A stretch of DNA of 6,014 nt from Octopus sinensis (taxonomy: Eukaryota): assembly GCF_006345805.1 (NCBI RefSeq), contig NW_021829555.1:1-6014 (forward strand), read 5' to 3'. Every line of letters starts with the position of its first letter. Positions within the stretch are counted from its first letter, which is position 1. Made by a program: the position numbers and the translations under genes. Under the pieces are notes generated by a model, which saw nothing but the letters and a program-made list of their open reading frames with translations, ran no database searches and was not told the DNA's origin. Below, one piece after another: positions 1-5,963 of the stretch.

Positions 1-178
1 GCAATCGCTTGACACCGATGTCTGGTGTGGTTTACGTCCCCGTAACTTAGCGTTCGGCAAAAGATACCGATAGAAAAGTACCAAGGCTTACAAAGAATAA
101 GTCCTGGGGTTGATTTGCTCGACTAAAAGGCGGTGCTCCAGCATGGCCGCAGTCAGATGACTGAAACAAGTAAAAAAA
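1..178 (+). mobile_element. 3' half of a tRNA-derived SINE (family A), cut by the window edge
   Basis: Colinear and highly similar to 1544-1716 (e.g. TTTACGTCCCCGT.ACTTAGCG, GCTTACAAAGAATAAGTCCTGGGGT.GATTTGCTCGACT, GGCGGTGCTCCAGCATGGCCGCAGTCA.ATGACTGAAACAAGTAAAA). Ends in an A-rich tail at ~178. Confidence 0.9.
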
Positions 179-508
179 TTTTAAGTTGGCAGCACCGCAG
201 ACACCATGAAAAATCGTCTGAGAGACCATCTCTCATCGTTTTCCAATATAAACAAAAGACACTCTACATCTCTGTCGAATCTTGTCTGGAAGCTAAAACA
301 GAATGGAGTAGAATATTCTACCCAATGGTCAATTATAAAAAATGCTACACCTTATAACGGGTCTTCATGTGTATGCAACATATGGCTTGAAGAAACCCTG
401 GAAATAATAACACCCATGGAAAACGTGATAATTAGACACTCTTAGATGGTCATATCATGCAAGTACGGAAGCAAAATAGCATTCATGGGAATTAAAAAAA
501 TATTTTGA
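173..508 (+). pseudogene. Decayed C-terminal GIY-YIG endonuclease domain of a Penelope-like element (PLE)
   Basis: The frame of ORF 206..445 read through its stops gives KKF*VGSTADTMKNRLRDHLSSFSNINKRHSTSLSNLVWKLKQNGVEYSTQWSIIKNATPYNGSSCVCNIWLEETLEIITPMENVIIRHS*MVISCKYGSKIAFMGIKKIF*. This fits the PLE pattern YIG.T...K.R...H...F......ST.LS..IW.LK......W.I......Y......C.LC..E...I......LN.RSE....C.H..K. TAA 182-184 replaces the Tyr of YVG; TAG 443-445 replaces the expected Glu (GAG). Clade not assignable by eye. Confidence 0.85.
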
Positions 509-732
509 AACGAAGAAACAAATCATAGAATAGTGAAGGAACCCAAACAAATAATTGAATATACCAATGTTTAAGATGACACACACTACTACAACAGCAG
601 AAACAGTGAAAAAGTCACCATAAGATGGAGTACATTAATTAATGTAGTCAACAAACTCCTCTATATAGCAACTGACCACCTGTTAGGTTCAGAATTTATT
701 GAGGGGATTCAGGTCGTAATTGAAATAGAACA

Positions 733-1026
733 AAGAGATATACAATAATAAATCTCTGAATGAGGAATAAACAGTAGCTGCACAACAATGTGAAGTATAT
801 TTGCCACTTAAATGTGGCTAACCACTAAGGTGGATGCTACTGTAGCTTGTAGCCCCAGGAGAACATCTTCTCCAGCTGGCTACTGACACACTTTCTGTGC
901 CCTATCAGTATTTGCAAAGGGAAGCCATCCTTCCCATCGTCGATCTGACGTGATACGCACGGGCCCAGGTTTCTGGGTATTTACCCGTCGTTAAGAGATA
1001 TACAACCATCATCAAATCTGCTGAAT
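733..1026. repeat. Direct repeat pair: AAGAGATATACAA at 733-745 and 993-1005, with degenerate similarity for ~20 nt more (AAATCT-CTGAAT / AAATCTGCTGAAT)
   Basis: Perfect 13-bp match 260 bp apart, read directly; the pair brackets the structured block 771-990. Confidence 0.8.
771..990. other. GC-richer block with about ten perfect short helices (candidate structured RNA element)
   Basis: Pairings read by eye: 771-778/836-843 (8 bp) enclosing 781-784/789-792, 803-807/814-818 and 822-825/830-833; 849-854/878-883 with 858-863/868-873; 881-886/905-910 with 887-890/896-899; 919-924/930-935; 938-941/947-950; 959-963/984-988 with 964-968/973-977. Confidence 0.5.
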
Positions 1027-1287
1027 TAATGATCATCCTTAAAATTTGCAGAATAAATAGCGAATAAATTCAACACCATCACACACCACCTTCCCTATAT
1101 TACAACCATTCTGTTTTCTACTACCACCACCTATTTCTCTTTACCAAGTACATACAGAAATACTCATATAGCTAGATTGGCCTTCATACAGGCAAGAAAG
1201 GATAAACATTCCTCCGCCTGATGAAATAGATCGATGATGATACCCACAAATAATACGGACTATATTGTGCTAATCCCAAGGATACCG

Positions 1288-1334
1288 ACTCTGATGTCAA
1301 AATCAAAATCATATGATCGGTGGAAACGTACGTA
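1288..1334 (+). ncRNA. Degenerate minimal type I hammerhead ribozyme-like motif
   Basis: CTGATGT (1291-1297, A9 position is T); CA/TG closing pairs around palindrome ATCATATGAT (1308-1317); GAAA (1323-1326); C-GTAC-G one-pair stem III with palindromic tetraloop; GTA triplet (1332-1334). The stem I 3' strand is displaced by the SINE at 1335. Confidence 0.4.
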
Positions 1335-1730
1335 GGCGCAGGAGTGGCTGTGTGGTAAGTAGCTTGCTAACCAACCACATGGTTCCGGGTTCAGTCCCAC
1401 TGCGTGACATCTTGGGCAAGTGTCTTCTGCTATAGCGCCGGGCCGACCAATGCCTTGTGAGTGGATTTGGTAGACGGAAACTGAAAGAAGCCTGTCGTAT
1501 ATATGTATATATATATATTTGTGTGTCTGTGTTTGTTCCCCAAGCATTGCTTGACAACCGATGCTGGTGTGTTTACGTCCCCGTCACTTAGCGGTTCGAC
1601 AAAAGAGACCGATAGAATAAGTACTGGGCTTACAAAGAATAAGTCCTGGGGTCGATTTGCTCGACTGAAGGCGGTGCTCCAGCATGGCCGCAGTCAAATG
1701 ACTGAAACAAGTAAAAGAGTAAAAGAGTAA
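1335..1730 (+). mobile_element. Full-length tRNA-derived SINE (family A)
   Basis: Pol III A-box TGGCTGTGTGG (1345-1355), B-box GGTTCAGTCCC (1388-1398), CORE-like CTTGGGCAAGT segment, internal (TA)n/(TG)n at ~1498-1530, 3' half shared with 1-178 and 4617-4784, tail (GTAAAAGA)2GTAA at 1711-1730. No clear TSD. Confidence 0.92.
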
Positions 1731-2030
1731 GAGAGAAGTATTATTTATAAATTTCATCCTGGTATTATTGTTATTATATTTATGGAGAGTCAAAGTTGGG
1801 AAGAAAAACAGGACATTGGAGACATACAAGGAAACTCAACGAAAACAAACATGGAGGGTCGTTAGACCAGAACGGAAGGAAAATAAGGAACGCTTAGAGA
1901 AATATTTCCTTTGAAAAGGGAAAAGATAGAAGAGAAAGAAAACACGTCCTGTCCTTTGAACGTCCGTGCAGGGAAAGAAAGATGTTCACGTGAGGAAAGG
2001 AAAGATGAACGATGGTCACGTGTGAGTAAC

Positions 2031-2121
2031 GAGAGAGAGAAAAAGAGGAGGGAGGGAGAGAGAGAAAAAGAGGGAGGGAGAGAGAGAAAAAGAGGGAGGG
2101 AGAGAGAGAAAAAGAGGGAGG
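2031..2121. repeat. Polypurine 22-bp minisatellite (GAGAGAGAGAAAAAGAGGGAGG) x4
   Basis: Units at 2031-2055 (3-nt longer variant), 2056-2077, 2078-2099 and 2100-2121; no pyrimidines on the + strand. Confidence 0.92.
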
Positions 2122-2229
2122 GGAGAAAAAAGGGAATTAGAGAAGAATGGAGGAAGAAAACAGTATAGAGTCGCAGCAAAAAGGTGAAGATGAACTTACT
2201 TCGGAGCAGGCGACTGTCTTTGAAGAGTC

Positions 2230-2314
2230 ATATATATATATATATATTATTGATATTATTATTATTATTATTATTGCATATCCAATGCACACACACACAC
2301 ATACATACACACAC

Positions 2315-2359
<45 letters not shown>
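2230..2359. repeat. Compound microsatellite (TA)n-(TAT)n-(CA)n-(TA)n
   Basis: Directly visible simple repeats. Confidence 0.95.
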
Positions 2360-2748
2360 TCGCAATAACCCCGATATGTATGTGTACAGAGAGAGAGTTA
2401 TACGTATATTTTTGTGGTTTGGAAACGAAAGGCCATTGTTCTTCAGAACCTGATTCTCCAGGAAGAACAAATGGGAAGATGAAGCAACAACATATGAACT
2501 TCAAACATATGAATCCGAATTATCTTCGGACCAGAAACCTGATCCTAATAATTGAAATATAATGGATTTCGTTAGTAACAACCAAGAGTTACTGTTAAAC
2601 TGGTTAACAGATTACGTCTACTGCCTTACAACAAAGACATGCAATCTAACGAATTTCCGTAGACCCAAATTTATGCACAGCGAGTGGCTCCATGCAAGTT
2701 TAAAATATACAGGAAGAGTTGAAAAGTGGAGGCTACAAGCTGAGGTTA

Positions 2749-3124
2749 TCTTTATATATAAAAGAGAAGTTGTGTGTCTGTCTCCTACGATTTAGATTCC
2801 TAACTACTCCCACATTTTGCGGTACAGTGTAACCAAAACCGGGTATCTTATAGTCGTGATTCATATCGAGCCCTTCTGGGTATTAGCGCGCGTCTACGAT
2901 GAGTCTACGATTTTAAAAAAAAATTACCACATTTTTTTTTCCATTTTAATGCATTTTTTTTTCGCTATATATTGATGTAACTCTCTAAAAATGTCTACGA
3001 TGAGTCAACGATTTAAAAAAAATTTACCATCATTTGTTTTCCATTTTTAATACATTTTTTGGCTATAACTCTCTAAAAATGCTTATATAGTTATTTCCCT
3101 TACAAACCCGGGCGATACTGCTAG
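2749..3124 (+). mobile_element. Non-autonomous Helitron-like element (~376 bp)
   Basis: Starts TCTTTATATATAAAAG after A2748 and ends CTAG (3121-3124) before T3125, the canonical A|TC...CTRR|T signature with no TSD. GTGTGTCTGTC near the 5' end; CCCGGG at 3107-3112 where the subterminal hairpin is expected. Confidence 0.75.
2892..3081. repeat. Internal imperfect tandem duplication (~100-bp unit x2) inside the Helitron-like element
   Basis: Copies 2892-2992 and 2993-3081 both begin GTCTACGATGAGTC.ACGATTT.AAAAAAA, contain TTACCA..ATTT and TTCCATTTT.AAT.CATTTTTT, and end TAACTCTCTAAAAAT(G). Confidence 0.9.
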
Positions 3125-4238
3125 TTTAGTATAAAAGTGGCATTAGGTGAAAATAGTTTGCATTCTGTTACTTCAAAGAAATAAAAATTGCTATATTATC
3201 GGTACATGGGTCACAGAAAAAGCAATGCCGTTGTGGGTATGTTGTTGCAATATGTGTATGAGAAAACTATTACCAGTTAGCCTGATAGCCATTCTTTGTG
3301 GTTTAGGATATTTTTGAATGCAAGGTGCTGTGTGCACATTGACAAGGTGTGTAAGCAGTACATTAACGTGCGCTGCACTTGAGCGATGTTGAAAATAAAT
3401 AGTTTACAACGTTGGAAGCGGTGATTAATAAACTTCAGTCTTTTTAGTAAAAACAGATAAATTATATAACTTCAAAACAAGTGGGCTTTTTTTGTGGATG
3501 TGATATTGATTTAGAGGTTTAAATTGGCAACCGAAAGTAAAGTATTTCTATAATATATCAAAACTTGACATCAGAAAGTGATTAGTTTTTACGTTAGTTA
3601 TTGATTCAAAAGTGATTGATTGATTGATTTTGTTGCTAATTATTTCTTGTTTATAACAACTTTAGCCTCTGCCTGGTTAGTTATTTGCTTGACAACAACT
3701 GCAGATTCACTAGTTTATTAAAATAGAAATTAGACATGAGAAAATATCATGTAAAAAGTAAATAGCGAGAGCCTAGCAAGACACATTCCCGTACCTTTCT
3801 TTTTCGTAATACGTTGTACCTTTTTCATATTTACTAATATTTCTACACTGAAATTCTCTATTTATATATTGTGTTTAACCATTGTATATAACTAAAAAAT
3901 TCCAAAGAATATGTTTTTCTTCTGCAATTCTCATTGAACTATAAAAACTGTATTCAAATGAAGGAAGTCCATGATTGACAAAATATCTCTGCGAGAGTAT
4001 TTCTGATATAGTTGGATTATTTTTTTCCTTAAGAATATGTTATATATTAAGAATATTTTGAAAATACATATACAGGCGTAGCTGCGTGGCAAGAAATTTG
4101 CATCCCAACCACAATGTTCCTCATTCAGTACCACTGCGTAACACCTAGGGCAAATGTCTTCTACTATGACCTTGAGCCAGTCAAAGTCTTGGGTTTGGTA
4201 GATGGAAACGGAAAGAATCCAATCGTATATATATATAT

Positions 4239-4455
4239 TTCTTTACTACCCACAGAGAAGACAAACAAAGACAGACCAACGGATTAAGTCAATTACTTCG
4301 ACCCCAGTGCGTAACTGGTACTTAATTTATCTCCCCCGAAAGGATGAAAGGTAAAGACGACCTCGGCGGAATTTGAACTAAGAACGTAACGGCAGACGAA
4401 ATACCGCTAAACATTTCGCCTGGCGTGCTAACGTTTCTGCCAGCTCGCCACCTTC
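4239..4455 (-). mobile_element. tRNA-derived SINE (family B) nested in the family-A SINE, 20-bp TSD
   Basis: Minus strand starts AGGTGGCGAGCTGGCAGAAACGTTAG (A-box region) and has B-box AGTTCAAATTCC (4368-4379). Flanked by a perfect duplication CCAATCGTATATATATATAT at 4219-4238 and 4456-4475. Confidence 0.92.
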
Positions 4456-4475
4456 CCAATCGTATATATATATAT

Positions 4476-4511
4476 GTGTGTGAGTGTGTGTGTTTGAGTG
4501 TGTGTGAGTGC

Positions 4512-4564
<53 letters not shown>

Positions 4565-4578
4565 GTGTGTGTGTGTAT
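4476..4578. repeat. (GT)n/(GTGA) microsatellite, the expanded internal repeat of the host family-A SINE
   Basis: Directly visible; occupies the same position as the short (TA)/(TG) tract at ~1498-1530. Confidence 0.93.
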
Positions 4579-4800
4579 TTGTATGTTTTTATCCCCCTCA
4601 TCATTTGAAAATTAGTGTTGGTGTGTTTACGTCCTCGTAACTTTGGCAAAAGTGTCGACAGAATAAGTACCAGGCTTTAAACAAAAAAAAATGAACAGGG
4701 GGTCATTCGTTCGACTGAAATCTTTCAAGACGATACCCCAGTATGGCCGGTGTCTAATGGCTGAAACAAGTAAAAGATAAAAGATATATTCACCTAAATA

Positions 4801-5179
4801 TGGAAGCACTCCGTCGGTTACGACGACGAGGGTTTCGGTTGATCCGATCAACGGAACAGCCTGCTCGTGAAATTAACGTGTAAGTGGCTGAGCACTCCAC
4901 AGACCTTGTACCCTTAACATAGTTCTCGGGGATATTCAGCGTGACACAGAGAGTGACAGGCCGGCCTTTGAATACAAGTACAACAGAAACAGGAAGTAAG
5001 AGTGAGAGAAAGTTGTGGTGAAAGAGTACAGCAGTGATCACCACCATCCCCTGCCGGGGCCTCGTGGAGCTTTAAGTGTTTTCGCTCAATAAACACTCAC
5101 AACGCCCGGTCTGGGAATCGAAACCGCGATCCTACGACCGCGAGTCCGCTGCCCTAACCACTGGGCCATTGCGCCTCCG
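4801..5179 (-). mobile_element. tRNA-derived SINE (family C), 11-bp TSD
   Basis: Minus strand starts CGGAGGCGCAATGGCCCAGTGGTTAGGGCAGCGG, with A-box TGGCCCAGTGG (5158-5168) and B-box GGTTTCGATTCC (5114-5125). Flanked by TCACCTAAATA at 4790-4800 and 5180-5190. CpG-rich, so probably young. Confidence 0.92.
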
Positions 5180-5443
5180 TCACCTAAATAAATGCATGTG
5201 TCAGTGTGTGTGTGCCATTATACATCAAGCTTATATGGGAGGATATCTCAAGGCTAATAACGTTGTAGTCGGTATTCCAACCAGACATCCATGTTAAGGT
5301 GGATCTAAAAATTACCGTTTGGTATTAATACTGTTTCCGTCGCTAATAATTAATTTTTAATAAGCCTATTGGCTATTTGTGACATCAGTATCTGAAAAGA
5401 TGCTGATATTCTATATATCGTAGCAAGAGATTTGGTATGTTGT

Positions 5444-5535
5444 GACTCCACCACACACACACACACACACACACGCACACACACACACACACACCGATGA
5501 TTTCCGGTAGAATGAAATCACGTGATGTAGGAGTT
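5444..5535 (+). ncRNA. Possible hammerhead ribozyme relic split by a (CA)n expansion
   Basis: GACTCC (5444-5449)...CCGATGA (5494-5500), TTC/GAA mini-stem, GAAA (5514-5517), palindrome ATCACGTGAT (5517-5526), GTA (5527-5529), then GGAGTT (5530-5535) complementary to GACTCC. Several deviations from consensus. Confidence 0.25.
5451..5494. repeat. (CA)n microsatellite
   Basis: Directly visible, with one CG interruption. Confidence 0.95.
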
Positions 5536-5672
5536 CCGGCGCCCATGACAGACGATTCTCGTCTGCTACGAAGTATACGACTGTTTTAGGCACCAAGCAC
5601 CTATACCAGAAGATTTCTCAAGGCTAATAACGCTGTATTCAATGTTCGAGTAAGACATTCACATTAAGCTGG

Positions 5673-5700
5673 ATATATATATATATATATATATATAATA
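5673..5700. repeat. (TA)n microsatellite
   Basis: Directly visible. Confidence 0.95.
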
Positions 5701-5708
5701 TGATATGA

Positions 5709-5915
5709 TATAAAATCCGTTGTGTATGTGTCTGTCTTCTAGGATCTCGGGCATCCTCCATCCCATTGCGCTCAAATTTGATATGTAGATACCAACGGTA
5801 TCAGGGCGTGTATAAGTCTCGAAAAAATTACAAAAATCGATTCCGGGTGAGAATGCGATCGATAAAGCCGTGGGAACGTGCATTTGTAAATTTTTTTTCT
5901 TGGAATAGGAAAAAA
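5709..5915 (+). mobile_element. 5' part of a second Helitron-like non-autonomous element; ends not defined
   Basis: TATAAAA..GTTGTGTATGTGTCTGTCTTCTAGGATCT (5709-5747) resembles TATAAAAG..GTTGTGTGTCTGTCTCCTACGATTT (2757-2793). No TC start is visible (lost in the AT repeat) and no terminal CTAG lies in the window. Confidence 0.45.
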
Positions 5916-5963
5916 GTTTATGTTTATTTCTTCTTTTGCTGGTGTCTCAAATTTAGGTTAAGT

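Larger units (their letters stand above)
509..1334 (+). mobile_element. Probable 3' non-coding (pLTR-like) region of the same Penelope-like element; extent uncertain
   Basis: Directly follows the GIY-YIG stop, includes a G-poor C/A-rich stretch (~1070-1150) and ends in hammerhead-core-like motifs (CTGATGA 1218-1224; CTGATGT 1291-1297 with GAAACGTACGTA 1323-1334). PLE terminal repeats are known to carry minimal hammerheads. Boundaries are inferred. Confidence 0.45.
4073..4784 (+). mobile_element. Older, diverged family-A SINE interrupted by a nested SINE
   Basis: Head 4073-4238 aligns with 1338-1510 (degenerate A-box TAGCTGCGTGG 4079-4089, degenerate B-box CATTCAGTACC 4122-4132, GGGCAAATGTCTTCTACTAT, TTTGGTAGATGGAAAC). 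3' half ~4617-4784 aligns with 1565-1718 and ends CTGAAACAAGTAAAAGATAAAAGA. Confidence 0.85.
5239..5674. repeat. Ungapped 66-bp direct repeat pair, 5239-5304 and 5609-5674 (offset 370 bp)
   Basis: Manual alignment gives 51/66 identities without gaps, including the perfect 17-mer TCTCAAGGCTAATAACG (5246-5262 and 5616-5632). Confidence 0.88.

Noticed and set aside
752-770. CTGAATGAGG as a hammerhead core
   Set aside because: Extra nucleotide in the core, no NUH before the hairpin, and no correctly placed GAAA or stem II.
801-860. Pistol- or twister-like words (GCCACTTAAAT; minus-strand GGGCTACAAGC)
   Set aside because: The required pseudoknot loop lengths, P4 pairing and partner strands are missing.
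1260-1829. ORFs overlapping the family-A SINE (also 47..229 and 133..357)
   Set aside because: Chance translations of SINE sequence; the same peptide recurs wherever the SINE recurs.
1862-2504. ORFs 1862..2179, 1911..2168, 2137..2322, 2147..2368, 2184..2453, 2228..2470 and 2271..2504
   Set aside because: They are open because of purine and microsatellite repeats; the translations are low-complexity (ERK, YI, HT runs).
2147-2545. Acidic peptide-like snippets MEEENSIESQQKGEDELTSEQATVFEES and WEDEATTYELQTYESELSSDQKPDPNN
   Set aside because: No recognisable family, no consistent frame or convincing splice sites, and explainable by GA-rich composition.
3125-4072. Hidden exon or element in the AT-rich stretch (including ORF 3931..4134, (GATT)4 at ~3614-3629 and TTAAGAATAT x2 at 4029-4056)
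   Set aside because: No recognisable protein motif, termini or strong structure; the short repeats are expected at this AT content.
1-4784. Long inverted-SINE dsRNA from the three family-A copies
   Set aside because: All three are in the same orientation.
5105-5179. tRNA gene (also the heads at 1335-1400 and 4365-4455)
   Set aside because: A and B boxes are present but there is no complete cloverleaf or acceptor stem, and they continue into SINE bodies with TSDs or tails.
4428-5297. ORFs across the nested SINE cluster
   Set aside because: They lie within SINEs or microsatellites and show no protein motifs.
733-5674. CRISPR-like array from the direct repeat pairs
   Set aside because: Only two copies each, spacing of 260 and 370 bp, and a eukaryotic repeat context.
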